64,000 nt of DNA from an uncultured delta proteobacterium (lineage in GTDB: Bacteria > Myxococcota_A > Polyangia > Polyangiales > JAFGIB01), in contig CAVZVA010000009.1 of NCBI GenBank assembly GCA_963778655.1, forward strand, positions 448,001 through 512,000, given 5' to 3'. The translations under genes and the position numbers were made by a program. Shown here in pieces: positions 1-10,310 of this stretch (positions within the stretch are counted from its first letter, which is position 1; each line of letters begins with the position of its first letter). The notes beneath the pieces are model-generated. The model was not told the DNA's origin. It was given only the letters and a program-made list of their open reading frames with translations, and did no database searches.

Positions 1-2
1 AC

Positions 3-146
3 GACCGCGGTGCGGGCCTGTTCGCGCTGGGCCTCCGTGAGCTGCCGCGTGACCTGATGGTCGCGCGCGATTTATGGGCCCATGCCTTGGGCAAGCTGCT
101 CAGCTCGACCGCGCCGGACACGAGCTCTGATGCTGGAGGCATGTGA
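3..146 (+). CDS. 3' end of an upstream gene (partial; probably part of the polysaccharide cluster)
   Basis: Open frame from position 3 to TGA at 144-146, overlapping the flippase GTG (ATGTGA), consistent with translational coupling. Confidence 0.55.
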   Translation, partial: DRGAGLFALGLRELPRDLMVARDLWAHALGKLLSSTAPDTSSDAGGM

Positions 147-1501
147 GCTCCTTGATCGCCGTGGCCTCCCGTATCCGCGCCGCGCTGCAGGCGCGTCTCG
201 GCGGGGAGCTGGCCGATCTGATGGCGCGTGCCGCCGGAGGCACCTTTGCGCTCAAGGCATTTGCGGTCGCGCTGGGTTTCACGATTTCGGTGGTGCTGGC
301 GCGTGCGCTGGGACCTGCTGGACTCGGCGTTTTGACGCTCGCCAACACCTGGATCGGCTTCCTGGCGGTACCTGCGTGCCTGGGCATGGACAATCTGCTG
401 GTGCGCTACGTCGCGATCTACCAACAGGAGGGTTCTTGGCAGAGCTTGCGCGGTCTCGTGCGCTGGTCTCTTGGTGTTGTCGGTCTGCTCGCGTGTGCCC
501 TTGCGACGTTGGCCGCCGTGCTGGCTTGGGCGTTCGTCCCCAACCGGTTGCTGCTCCACACCTTCTGGCTCGCGCTGCTCGGCTTTCCCGCGGGTGTGCT
601 CTTGATACTCGGCATCTCCATCATGCGAGGCCTTCACCGCGTCGTACTGGCTCAGGTCCCGCAGAACCTGGCGGGGCCGGCGGTTCTGCTGGGTATGGTG
701 CTACTCGCTCGTGGGTTGCTTGCAGGACCTCTGCAGCCCACCCACGTGGCCGCGATCCAGGTCGTCACTTCCTGGCTGACGCTTGCGCTCGGCTCGTGGC
801 TGCTGATTCGATCACTGCCACGCCAGTTGAAGCTGGCGGAACCGACGTTCGAATCGCGCCATTGGCTGCGGGCCGCGACCCCGCTCCTCTTCATCACGCT
901 GCTCTGGTTTCTCAGCGGGCAGACCGACTTGCTGATGCTGGGTGCCCTGCGTTCGGCCCGCGAGGTGGGGCTGTACACGTCGGCGGTAAGACTCTCTGCA
1001 TTCGTCAGCTCACCGCTGCTCGTTGCCAACCTCGCGCTCGCCCCGATCATTGCGCAGCTCCACAGCACCGGGCAGCTCGACCGCCTGCAACGTGGCCTTG
1101 TGAAGACTGCGAGGGTTGTCACCGCCATCTCACTCCCCGTAGCGCTGGTGCTCATGGTCTTGGCTGCGCCGGCCCTGCGGTTGTTCGGGTCCGAGTATCA
1201 GGTAGCACGGAACGCCTTGCGCGTTCTGGTCCTGGGCCACGTGGTCAATGTGCTCAGCGGGTCGGTGGGTCAGGTCTTGATGATGACTGGACACGGCCGC
1301 GACGCCGCAACCGGGTTGGCGTTGGGCAGCGCGGCCAACGTGGCGCTCAACGCGGCGTTGATCCCGACCTGGGGCATCGAAGGCGCGGCGCTCTCGAGCG
1401 CGCTCTCGACGACCATCTGGAACGTCTTCCTCGTCTGGAGAGCTCGCCGTCGATTGAACGTGTGGACGAGCGCATTCGCTCCACTCGCGCCCCGCGAATA
1501 G
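143..1501 (+). CDS. wzx: Polysaccharide flippase (Wzx/MATE-like exporter)
   Basis: 452 aa, many hydrophobic helices; LARALGP, TDLLMLG...EVGLY, NVALNAALIP.WGIEGAA motifs typical of Wzx. Confidence 0.85.
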   Translation: MSSLIAVASRIRAALQARLGGELADLMARAAGGTFALKAFAVALGFTISVVLARALGPAGLGVLTLANTWIGFLAVPACLGMDNLLVRYVAIYQQEGSWQSLRGLVRWSLGVVGLLACALATLAAVLAWAFVPNRLLLHTFWLALLGFPAGVLLILGISIMRGLHRVVLAQVPQNLAGPAVLLGMVLLARGLLAGPLQPTHVAAIQVVTSWLTLALGSWLLIRSLPRQLKLAEPTFESRHWLRAATPLLFITLLWFLSGQTDLLMLGALRSAREVGLYTSAVRLSAFVSSPLLVANLALAPIIAQLHSTGQLDRLQRGLVKTARVVTAISLPVALVLMVLAAPALRLFGSEYQVARNALRVLVLGHVVNVLSGSVGQVLMMTGHGRDAATGLALGSAANVALNAALIPTWGIEGAALSSALSTTIWNVFLVWRARRRLNVWTSAFAPLAPRE

Positions 1502-1533
1502 GCGAGGGCCGCCGAAAAAGGGCGAAACCCGAG

Positions 1534-2715
1534 TCAGAGCAGCGAGCGGATCACCTGGAGCAGCTGTGGGCCGGTCGTGGCCAACGTGCATTTGCGCAGG
1601 GTTTGCGCGCGTCCTTGACCGCCGAGCTTGCTACGCAGCGCAGCGTCGTCCGCCAGCCGCACGACCTGCTCGGCGAACGCGTTCACGTCGAGATACGGCG
1701 CGACCAGGCCGCATTGGTCCTTCACGAATGCGGGCATGCCACCACTGTCAGCAAAGCACACGATGGGGAGCTCCATCGCAGCAGCCTCGAGACACACCAG
1801 CGGATAGGGATCCTCGCGCGACAAGAGCCCAAACGCGTCGAAGCTTGCGTAGAGCTCGAACGGATCGGCGACTTCCCCCGTGGCATGGAAGAATGGGGCC
1901 ATACCACTCACGGCGAGGTCGCGTTCCAGTGTAAGCCGCTCCTCGTCGCTACCCAGCGGCCCGACCCACACGAAGTGCATGTCGCTGCGCCCGAGGCGCC
2001 GGCGGAGCTCGAGCAAGAGCTGCGGCACCAGATCCTTGCCCTTGCGCCACGTGTCCGCGCCGGACCCGCCCACGACGAATGCACCGTCAGGAATGCCGAG
2101 GCGCCTGCGCGCGGCGGCGCGCAGCTCTGCGCTGGGCACGGCCGGCACCGTTCCCAGGTGCGCGTGCACAACGGTGATCTTGTCTTTGGCAATTCCGTGT
2201 TGCTGCGTGAGGCAATCGAATACGGCGCCCGAGGCGGCGACGTACCTGGTGGAATGCGCCTTGACGCGCTGCAGATTGCGCTCGCCGAAGGTACGGATCA
2301 CGTAGGATAGCTCGTGCACGTGTGTCACGACCGGCAAGTGGGCGTGTGCCAACGCGGCTAGCACGTCGCCATTGGTGATCGTGTTGGAGTAGACGAGATC
2401 GTAGGAGCCCGCGCGGGCGCTGCGCACTGCACGCGCGTGGACGAGCGCGCGTAGCGCGCTGCGCGGGAGGCTCGGCAGCAAGCGCGAGGCGAGCGTCCGG
2501 GCCTGCGCTCGAAGCTCTGGCGCGCCCACGCCGATGGTCGTGCACGGACCCAGCTCGCGGAATTGCCCCTCGAGAGGTCCGCCGCGTCGAAGGATGGTGC
2601 CGAGCTCGAAATCCGTATTTGCGCGCAACCAACGCATGAAGCTGAGCAGCACGATGGGCGCTCCGGTCCGCGTGGCCTCGTGCGAGACGAACAGGATTCT
2701 CGGGTTGCGGGGCAA
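1534..2715 (-). CDS. Glycosyltransferase family 4 (GT-B)
   Basis: ILFVSHEATRTGAP N-terminus, HVHE, SREDPYPLVCLEAAA (EX7E) motif. Confidence 0.9.
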   Translation of the reverse strand: MPRNPRILFVSHEATRTGAPIVLLSFMRWLRANTDFELGTILRRGGPLEGQFRELGPCTTIGVGAPELRAQARTLASRLLPSLPRSALRALVHARAVRSARAGSYDLVYSNTITNGDVLAALAHAHLPVVTHVHELSYVIRTFGERNLQRVKAHSTRYVAASGAVFDCLTQQHGIAKDKITVVHAHLGTVPAVPSAELRAAARRRLGIPDGAFVVGGSGADTWRKGKDLVPQLLLELRRRLGRSDMHFVWVGPLGSDEERLTLERDLAVSGMAPFFHATGEVADPFELYASFDAFGLLSREDPYPLVCLEAAAMELPIVCFADSGGMPAFVKDQCGLVAPYLDVNAFAEQVVRLADDAALRSKLGGQGRAQTLRKCTLATTGPQLLQVIRSLL

Positions 2716-3025
2716 GTGTGTCTTCCTATCGGCGCGTGCTCTGACCGAGGGATATTGAGGTGGGGTCCCGGCACTTTGGCTGCGGACCCTGCGGGTCTTG
2801 AGGCGAAAGGGGACGCGTGCCCCTTCCGGTCACAGCGCTGGGCGCGTAGGATCGCTGGTCCGGCCAGTGCTGGCAACCCTTGCACGCGGCGGGCGTGCAC
2901 GCCGTGGCCCCGTCGCCAGCGCGGTGCCCGTTTTCCAGCGTCCTGGGTTACTATCGAGCGATTGTCCGCCGAGCGTTGGGCTGTGGCGGCAGACGCGGCT
3001 GAATGGAGCTGCGACGGAGCGCCCG

Positions 3026-3742
3026 ATGAATCTCCACGACGAGTTCATCGACATCCCCCTCGATTGCAAGCACATCCACCTGTATCCGGTGCGAGCAGGG
3101 ATCGTGCGGGCGCTGCGCGAGAGCCTGCCCGAGATGCGCGGCACGGTGCTCGACGTCGGCTGTGGTCACTCACCCTATCGCGAGCTACTGCTGTCCGCGC
3201 CGCGTGCCACGCGCTACGTCGGCCTCGATCTCGCCGATCACCGCTCCTACGAGAATTCGCCCGATCTGGTTTGGGACGGCAAGACCATTCCGCTCGCTGA
3301 TCGCTCGGTGGAAACCATCGTTGCGACCGAGGTTCTCGAGCACGTCCCTGATCCGCAAGCGCACCTCGCCGAGTTGTACCGGGTGCTCGAGCCGAACGGG
3401 AAGGTCTTCGCGTCGGTGCCGTTCTTCTGGATGCTTCACGAGGTGCCGCACGACGAGTTCCGCTACACGCCCTTCTCGCTCGAGCGCCTGTTTCGCGGAG
3501 CAGGCTTCGAGCACGTGGACGTGCGCGCTCTCAACGGTTGGAACGCCAGCCTGGTGCAGATGTACGCGAACTGGGTGACGTTCGGCGACGAGAACCGCTA
3601 TCTGCGTAAGCTCAGCCTTCGAGCGCTGTTCCCGTTGCTCAAGCTGCTGCTGCGACGCGACCGCACGCCGGAGAGCTTTGCCACCGGCCAGATGACGACG
3701 GGCTTCTTCTGCGTCGCGTCGAAGCCAGCCGACCTGGGATAG
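3026..3742 (+). CDS. Class I SAM-dependent methyltransferase
   Basis: VLDVGCG motif I, EVLEHVPDP, HEVPHDEFRYT; start moved to ATG 3026. Confidence 0.85.
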   Translation: MNLHDEFIDIPLDCKHIHLYPVRAGIVRALRESLPEMRGTVLDVGCGHSPYRELLLSAPRATRYVGLDLADHRSYENSPDLVWDGKTIPLADRSVETIVATEVLEHVPDPQAHLAELYRVLEPNGKVFASVPFFWMLHEVPHDEFRYTPFSLERLFRGAGFEHVDVRALNGWNASLVQMYANWVTFGDENRYLRKLSLRALFPLLKLLLRRDRTPESFATGQMTTGFFCVASKPADLG

Positions 3743-3900
3743 TGCGGACGCAGGCCGCGCGGGCATGCGTGGCCCGACTGTGGTCGCGCCACCGACATTA
3801 GGGTTTGGCGAGCTGGGGCCTCCGGCAGGCAGCGTGCACCGTATTGGCGCTGCCGGCGTTCGGTGACCATAATAGCTACCGCCTGGCACTTCGCGCGCCG

Positions 3901-4674
3901 ATGGGCTCCACCACCACCAATCCGCATGGGCCTCCCAGCCGATCCGCGTATGTCGGCAAGCGCCTGGGAATCATGCAGCCTTACTTCTTCCCCTACCTCG
4001 GATACTTCGGGCTGATCGCGAGCACCGATCGTTGGATCGTTTTCGATCCAGTCCAGTACATCCGCAAGGGGTGGATGAATCGGAACCGTGTTCTAAAGGC
4101 GGGCGGCGGCGAGAAGCTCGTCGGCGTGTCGGTGGCAGCTCACGCGCGCGAGACGCGAATCAAGGACATGCGGCTCGCGCCAGATCCGCGTCGGTTCGAC
4201 GTCTTCGTTCGTCAACTGGACGCGTACAAGCTGGCGCGCGCGCCTTTTTACGACGAAGTCGTCGCTCTGCTACGGGATTGCTTCGACACCACGACCGATG
4301 CCCTCGTGCCGTTCTTGGTGCGGTGTCTCGACCTCACGTGCGCGCACATCGGCATTCCGCTTCGCTACGAGATCTACTCGCAAATGGAGCTGAGCCACCC
4401 GGAGCCCACGCATCCCATGGAGTGGTCGCTGTTCACCTGCGTGGCCCTCGGCGTCTCGGAATACCTGAACCCACCGGGTGGTCGCACGTTCTTCGACGCG
4501 AGGCGCTTTTCCGAGGCAGGTGTGAGGCTCCGGTTCTACGAGCAGGAGCTCCCCGCTTATGAGCAAGGCAGGCGGCCGTTCGTTGCCGGGCTGTCGGTCA
4601 TCGACGCGATGATGTTCAATACCCCGGAGCAAATCCGTGCGATGCTCATGCAACATAGGGTTTGCGACGGATGA
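3901..4674 (+). CDS. WbqC-like protein (putative glycyl transferase for amino sugars)
   Basis: IMQPYFFPYLGYF, WMNRNR, YLNPPGG, LSVIDAMM signature; start uncertain. Confidence 0.88.
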   Translation: MGSTTTNPHGPPSRSAYVGKRLGIMQPYFFPYLGYFGLIASTDRWIVFDPVQYIRKGWMNRNRVLKAGGGEKLVGVSVAAHARETRIKDMRLAPDPRRFDVFVRQLDAYKLARAPFYDEVVALLRDCFDTTTDALVPFLVRCLDLTCAHIGIPLRYEIYSQMELSHPEPTHPMEWSLFTCVALGVSEYLNPPGGRTFFDARRFSEAGVRLRFYEQELPAYEQGRRPFVAGLSVIDAMMFNTPEQIRAMLMQHRVCDG

Positions 4675-5609
4675 TCGCGCGTACCGCCACCGACAAGTCG
4701 CGTTTCGCTCTGAGAGCGGCGTTCACGTCGTCGGCGCGCGTCGCTTGGAGGCTCATCCTCGAGCGCACGGAGTTCCCCGCGGGCTCGTCCGCTTTGCTCC
4801 CGGCCTACATCGGCATAACCGATCGCGAGGGGTCTGGCATCAGCGACCCGATCGAGACAACCCGAACGCCGTATCAGCTATACAGACTGGGTGAGCGCCT
4901 GCAGGTCGACCTCGATCTCATCGAGACGCTGTTGCGTACTGGGCGCCACCCGTTGATGCTGGTCGCTCACTACTTCGGGATGACCCATGTTGACCTCTTG
5001 GAGCTGCGTGCGCTGTGCGATCGGTACGGAACCATCCTGGTGGAAGACTGCGCTCACGTTTCCGGGCTGTGGCCAGGATCGGGGGGGCCGGGAGCGATCG
5101 GCCATGCTGCCTTCTACAGCTTGCACAAGTCGATCGCGGTAGCCACGGGGGGAATGTTGCGACTGAACGATGCCAGCTTTGAGCTGCCGCAGCCATCGGG
5201 CTCGGATCGCTGTGCACTTGAGGTGCTCGAGCAGCTGGCACGAAGCGATCTGGCGGCGGTGACCGCTGCGCGTCGCGCCAACTACCAGTGGCTCGCAGCC
5301 CGCCTGGCTGCGACACCGGGCATGACGGTGCTGTACCCCGACCTCGGTGGGGCGGCTCCCCACGACTTCCCGATACGAATCCACAACGGCCTGCGCGAGC
5401 GGCTCTACTTTGCCCTCATGGAGGAGGGCTTGCCGACGATTGCCCTGTACTATCGCTTGATCGACGCGATCGACGCTGAGGCGTTCCCCGCAAGCCACGC
5501 ACTGTCCCGGAGCATCCTCAACCTACCCGTGCACCAGGACACATCCATCGAGGACTTGGAACGCCTCGTCGAGCGCCTCACCTACCACCTCGAGCGGCTC
5601 GCGGCATGA
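4671..5609 (+). CDS. DegT/DnrJ/EryC1/StrS-like PLP-dependent protein
   Basis: HYFG, VEDCAH, YSLHK..GG and LNLPVHQ motifs; ATGA overlap with the WbqC gene. Confidence 0.75.
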   Translation: MIARTATDKSRFALRAAFTSSARVAWRLILERTEFPAGSSALLPAYIGITDREGSGISDPIETTRTPYQLYRLGERLQVDLDLIETLLRTGRHPLMLVAHYFGMTHVDLLELRALCDRYGTILVEDCAHVSGLWPGSGGPGAIGHAAFYSLHKSIAVATGGMLRLNDASFELPQPSGSDRCALEVLEQLARSDLAAVTAARRANYQWLAARLAATPGMTVLYPDLGGAAPHDFPIRIHNGLRERLYFALMEEGLPTIALYYRLIDAIDAEAFPASHALSRSILNLPVHQDTSIEDLERLVERLTYHLERLAA

Positions 5610-6559
5610 AAGCGATCGGCGGCTTTTTCGAGCTAGAGCAACGGCCCACCCATGCGGGACCCCATCCGCGCGCGCTCGCGCTGAGCACCGGCCGTGCTTG
5701 CATGATGGTGATGCTCCGCCATCTGCGGCCGCGTCGGGTTTTCGTTCCGTTCTACACCTGCGACGCCGCGTTGCAGCCGTTCCGCCAGCTAGATATCCCG
5801 CTGGTCTACTATTCGCTCGACGAGCGCTTGTTTCCGCGCGATGTCGCCGGCCTCGGCGGCGGCGAGCTCGTGCTTTGGACCGACTACTTCGGCGTGTGCT
5901 CCTCCCAGCTCGAGCAGCTCAAGCGCAGGTTCGCCGACCGCCTGCTGATCGACGACACGCACGCCTTCTTTCGCGAGGGGACAGCCGGCTTCTGGTCATT
6001 CACTTCGGCCCGCAAGTACTTCGGCGTGCCGGACGGGGCGTACCTGTATGCGCCGGTCGAGCTTAGCGTCGACGCCGAACGCTTCACCGGGGCGTCGCTG
6101 ACACACGCAGCGCTGCGTACGCTCGGGCTGCAGGAGGAGGGCTTTGCGGCATACAAGGCTTACGAACACTCGCTCGATTGCAGCGTACGTCGGATCAGCG
6201 CGATTAGCGAAGCCCTGCTCGGAACAATTGACTTCGCGCGCGTCGTGGAGGCGCGATGCAGGAACTTTGCGTACATGCACGCGCGTCTGGGACCGCGCAA
6301 TTGTTTCCCATTGCCGAGCACGCTCGACGCCGTGCCGTTCTGCTATCCGTATCTGCCGGCACGGGCGGTCGATCGTCGCCTGCTGCACGCGCAAGACGTT
6401 TTCGTCCCGACGCTCTGGCCGGACGCGGCTGCGCGCCCGGACCCGGGATTCGAGTGGGAACGACGGTTGTGCGCCGAGCTACTGCCCTTGCCGATCGACC
6501 ACCGCTATACTCCGGCCGATCTGGAACGGGTCGCGGACCAGTTGGAGGCTTGGTCATGA
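5606..6559 (+). CDS. Divergent DegT-like PLP-fold protein
   Basis: IGGFFELE, TGRAC, DYFG, IDDTHAFF, SARKYFGVPDG, LPIDHRY; ATGA overlap. Confidence 0.7.
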   Translation: MKAIGGFFELEQRPTHAGPHPRALALSTGRACMMVMLRHLRPRRVFVPFYTCDAALQPFRQLDIPLVYYSLDERLFPRDVAGLGGGELVLWTDYFGVCSSQLEQLKRRFADRLLIDDTHAFFREGTAGFWSFTSARKYFGVPDGAYLYAPVELSVDAERFTGASLTHAALRTLGLQEEGFAAYKAYEHSLDCSVRRISAISEALLGTIDFARVVEARCRNFAYMHARLGPRNCFPLPSTLDAVPFCYPYLPARAVDRRLLHAQDVFVPTLWPDAAARPDPGFEWERRLCAELLPLPIDHRYTPADLERVADQLEAWS

Positions 6560-7248
6560 GCAACGCGCGCTGGGTCGAATTCTGGACCCGCCACGGGCAG
6601 TCGAGCGCTGAGGCCGACGAGCAGACGCAGGTCTTGCGGACCTTCAACAAACAGCCGGTCACGCCCGAGCGCTGGCGGTTTACGTTGGCCGACCTAGAGG
6701 GCAAGCTTCCCGTCGGGCCCGACGACGACTTGCTCGATCTCGGCTGCGGCAACGGTCTGTTGACCGAACACTTCGCATCGCGCTGCCGCTCGGTGACGTC
6801 GGTCGACGTGAGCGGTGGGCTGCTCGAACGGCTGGAGCGGCGCGCTCTGCCCAACGTGCGGACGCTCCACTGCGACATGCGTCGAGTCGCGTTTGCAGAC
6901 GCAAGCTTCTCCCGGGTCCTTATGTACGCATCCATCCAGTACCTCGCAGAGAGCGAGACCGTGATGCTCTTCCGAGCGCTGTCGCGTTGGCTGCGGCCCT
7001 CAGGGTTGTTGTTCGTGGGCGACGTGCCGGATCGCGATCGGCTGTGGAGCTTCTACGACACGGCGGAGCGTCGTTCGCTCTATTTCACGAACCTCGTCGC
7101 GGACCGCGACGTGGTGGGGACCTGGTACCAAGGCGAGTGGCTGCGGCGCCTAGCCGCCGATGCGGGGTTTGCGGAAGCGGAGGTCATCCCGCAGCCGAAG
7201 GAGCTGATCTACTCGCACTTCCGCTTCGACCTGCGAGCGCGCCGATGA
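6556..7248 (+). CDS. Class I SAM-dependent methyltransferase
   Basis: LLDLGCGNG motif; ATG 6556 overlaps the previous stop. Confidence 0.85.
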   Translation: MSNARWVEFWTRHGQSSAEADEQTQVLRTFNKQPVTPERWRFTLADLEGKLPVGPDDDLLDLGCGNGLLTEHFASRCRSVTSVDVSGGLLERLERRALPNVRTLHCDMRRVAFADASFSRVLMYASIQYLAESETVMLFRALSRWLRPSGLLFVGDVPDRDRLWSFYDTAERRSLYFTNLVADRDVVGTWYQGEWLRRLAADAGFAEAEVIPQPKELIYSHFRFDLRARR

Positions 7249-8087
7249 TGGAGCCGCGAAGCGTGACTTATTTGGCCGGGGTCGCGCGCAGCGGAACGAG
7301 CTGGATCGGGCAGGTGTTCAACAGCTCTCCCGACGTGTGTTTTCGCTTTCAGCCGCTGTTTGCCTACGAGCTCAAGAACCATGTAAACGAGGACAGCCCC
7401 GGCTCCGCATACGAGCAACTGTTTCGCGACATGATGGCGGCGGACACGCCGTTTCTGACGCAGGCCGACAAGCTGGCCAGCGGGGAGTATCCGCGGTTTG
7501 CGAAGGCGGCGACGCCGCGAGACCTGGTGTTCAAAGAGAACCGTTACCAGAGCATGCTCGAGCCCATGTTGCGGCGCGTTCCATCCTTGAAGGCTATCGG
7601 GATCATCCGTCACCCATGCGCCGTCCTCAACTCGTGGCGAAAGAACCCCAAGGAGTTTCCACCCGGCAGCGAGCTTTTGGCCGAGTGGCGCTTCGCCAAT
7701 TGCAAGAACAAAGGCGACGAAGACTACTTCGGCTATTACAAGTGGAAGGAGGTCGCGAACCTGTACCTGGACCTGGAGCAGCAATACCCGGACCGCTTCA
7801 GGCTGTTGCGGTACGAAGACGCCGTGGCGGCCCCAGAAGCGGCGTTCGTTGACCTGTTTCGCTTCGCCGGCATCGCGTACGTCGAGCAGACCCGAGATTT
7901 CCTCGAGCGCAGCCGGCGCGCTCACTCCGAAAGCTACTACGCCGTGTTCAAGGACGTCAGCGTGGTGAACAAGTGGCGCGGGGAGCTCGACCAGTACATC
8001 ATATCGGAGATCGCGGCCGACCTTCGGGGAACGCGGCTCGAGCGCTTCGCGTCGACACCCGGCTGCGTCGAGGATTCACGCCTGTGA
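7245..8087 (+). CDS. Sulfotransferase family protein
   Basis: 5'-PSB loop GVARSGTSW, 3'-PB motif IIRHPCAVLNS, LRYED. Confidence 0.85.
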   Translation: MMEPRSVTYLAGVARSGTSWIGQVFNSSPDVCFRFQPLFAYELKNHVNEDSPGSAYEQLFRDMMAADTPFLTQADKLASGEYPRFAKAATPRDLVFKENRYQSMLEPMLRRVPSLKAIGIIRHPCAVLNSWRKNPKEFPPGSELLAEWRFANCKNKGDEDYFGYYKWKEVANLYLDLEQQYPDRFRLLRYEDAVAAPEAAFVDLFRFAGIAYVEQTRDFLERSRRAHSESYYAVFKDVSVVNKWRGELDQYIISEIAADLRGTRLERFASTPGCVEDSRL

Positions 8088-9280
8088 AGCGGCAGCTCGC
8101 TATATTTGGCGGTGCCCCAGCATTCGACGCACCGTTGCATGTGGGGCGCCCCAACATCGGCGATCGGGCACGACTGCTGGCTCGCCTCAATGACATGCTC
8201 GACCGCCGCTGGTTCACCAACAGCGGCCCGCTGGTGCGGGAGCTCGAGCAGCGCCTCGCGGCCTACCTCGGGGTCCGCCACTGCATTGCGATGTGCAACG
8301 CCACGGTAGCGCTCGAGATCGCCACCCGGGCCCTCGGATTCGAAGGCGAGGTGATCGTCCCGTCGTTCACCTTCATTGCGACCGCGCACGCGCTGCAGTG
8401 GCAAGAGATTCGTCCGGTGTTTTGTGACGTAGATCCTCGCACCCACAACCTCGACCCGGCCCGCGTCGAAGAGCTGATCACGCCGAAGACGAGCGGCATC
8501 GTCGGCGTGCATGTCTGGGGCCGGCCGTGCGCCGTGGACGAGCTGAGCGCGATCGCGGCGCGCCACGGAATCGGTCTGATATTCGACGCCGCCCACGCGT
8601 TTGCCTGCTCCGACGCCAAAGGGCGTATGGTCGGCTCGTTTGGGCAGTGCGAGGTCTTCAGCTTTCACGCGACCAAGTTCTTCAACACCTTCGAAGGCGG
8701 CGCCGTTGCGACCAACGACGACGAGCTCGCGGCAAAGGTCCGCTTGATGAAGAACTTCGGTTTCGCCGGTAAGGACCGTGTCATCTACATCGGCACCAAC
8801 GGCAAGATGCACGAGGCTTCGGCGGCCATGGGGCTCACCGGGCTCGACGCGCTCGATGAGTTCATCGAGACAAACCGTGCGAACTACCGCGGCTACCGAG
8901 CGGGCTTGTCCGGCTTGCCGGGCATCACCATGGTCGAGCTGGAAGCAGGCGGACGCAACAACTACCAGTATGTCGTCCTCGAGGTCGATGCGGACACGGC
9001 CGGGCTCAGGCGCGACCATCTGGTGCGGGTCCTGGAGGCGGAGCGCGTGTTGGCGCGCCGCTACTTCTATCCGGGGGCACACGAGATGGAGCCCTATCGA
9101 TCGCTGCAGCCCAAGTGCAACTTGTGGCTGCCGCAGACCGCACGCTTGTGTGAGCGCGTGATGACCCTGCCGACCGGTACGGCTGTATCTGCGGCGCAGA
9201 TCTCGCAGATCTGCGAGATCGTCGCGAACGCGATAGCCGAAGCTCCGCGCGTGCGGCAAACGCTCGATCAGCCATCTTGA
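8084..9280 (+). CDS. NDP-4-keto-6-deoxyhexose aminotransferase (DegT family, VioA/DesI-like)
   Basis: FDAAHAF, FSFHATKFFNTFEGG with the PLP lysine, RRYFYP; GTGA overlap. Confidence 0.9.
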   Translation: MKRQLAIFGGAPAFDAPLHVGRPNIGDRARLLARLNDMLDRRWFTNSGPLVRELEQRLAAYLGVRHCIAMCNATVALEIATRALGFEGEVIVPSFTFIATAHALQWQEIRPVFCDVDPRTHNLDPARVEELITPKTSGIVGVHVWGRPCAVDELSAIAARHGIGLIFDAAHAFACSDAKGRMVGSFGQCEVFSFHATKFFNTFEGGAVATNDDELAAKVRLMKNFGFAGKDRVIYIGTNGKMHEASAAMGLTGLDALDEFIETNRANYRGYRAGLSGLPGITMVELEAGGRNNYQYVVLEVDADTAGLRRDHLVRVLEAERVLARRYFYPGAHEMEPYRSLQPKCNLWLPQTARLCERVMTLPTGTAVSAAQISQICEIVANAIAEAPRVRQTLDQPS

Positions 9281-9284
9281 CTCG

Positions 9285-10286
9285 ATGGGCGTGCCGGTCG
9301 TCAGCGTTCTGGTGGTGACGTACAAGCACGAGCGCTATATCGCGCAGGCGCTGGACAGCGCGCTCGCGCAGCGTGTGCGCTTCGACTACGAGATCGTGGT
9401 CGGCGACGACTGCTCTCCGGATCGCACGGGGGAGATCGTGCGGCAGTACGCGAATCGGTATCCCGACAGGATTCGCGCGCTGCCACGAGCGCAGAACCTC
9501 GGAGGTCGCAAGAACTGGCTCGATCTATATCAGAATTGCCGGGGCAAATACGTGGCCTATCTTGAAGGGGATGATTACTGGACCTCGCCGGACAAGTTGC
9601 AACGGCAAGTGGACTTGCTGGAGTCGCGACCGGAGCTGGCGATGTGCTTTCATCCATCGGAGGTCCTCTTCGAGGAAGACGGCACGCGCGCTGTTCATGG
9701 GCCGGAGACCCACAAGAACACGTACACACTGGCGGATCTGGCGCGACGGAACTTCATCGCCACCGCCTCCGTGCTGGTGCGCAATGGTCTGTTGCTGCCG
9801 TTTCCACCGCTGCTATGGCTGTCACCGGTCGGCGACTGGGTGCTGCACGTGGTCCACGCAACCCAGGGGGACATCGGGTTCCTCGAAGAGGTCATGGCCG
9901 TCTATCGTGTGCACCCCGGTGGCGTGTATTACGCACGCCGCAAGGACCCGGTCGCGGACCTGTCCAATCACGCCCAGGTGCGCGAGCTGGTCGCCGAGTA
10001 CCTCGGTGCTCCGCGGCGTGCCGACTACGATCGCGAGCGGCTGGCGGGCGAGGTGCTGCTCGCGCGCGAGCTCCTCAACCGCGGTGAGCACGCTCGTGCG
10101 AGCGCGACGCTCGAGCGAGCGTGGGCGAGTCGAGGGCTTCTTCCTCGCAGGATGCTGGCTCGTGCCATGCTCTTGCGCGCCCGCGCGGCCTCGCCGCGCT
10201 TCAACCGCGGCTATCGGAAGCTCCGTGTCGCGGCCGCGGCGACGCGCGCACGCCTCAGCAGGCGCGTGAAGGCCGCAGGGCGTTGA
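9285..10286 (+). CDS. Glycosyltransferase family 2
   Basis: VSVLVVTY, DDCSPD, EGDDYWTSPDKLQRQV. Confidence 0.9.
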   Translation: MGVPVVSVLVVTYKHERYIAQALDSALAQRVRFDYEIVVGDDCSPDRTGEIVRQYANRYPDRIRALPRAQNLGGRKNWLDLYQNCRGKYVAYLEGDDYWTSPDKLQRQVDLLESRPELAMCFHPSEVLFEEDGTRAVHGPETHKNTYTLADLARRNFIATASVLVRNGLLLPFPPLLWLSPVGDWVLHVVHATQGDIGFLEEVMAVYRVHPGGVYYARRKDPVADLSNHAQVRELVAEYLGAPRRADYDRERLAGEVLLARELLNRGEHARASATLERAWASRGLLPRRMLARAMLLRARAASPRFNRGYRKLRVAAAATRARLSRRVKAAGR

Positions 10287-10310
10287 CGCGCGACTCCCAC
10301 CGGTGCCGGA

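Noticed and set aside
3876..3883. ops/JUMPStart-like GGCGGTAG near the polysaccharide operon
   Set aside because: It lies on the minus strand, opposite to the operon, and an 8-mer is expected by chance at this GC
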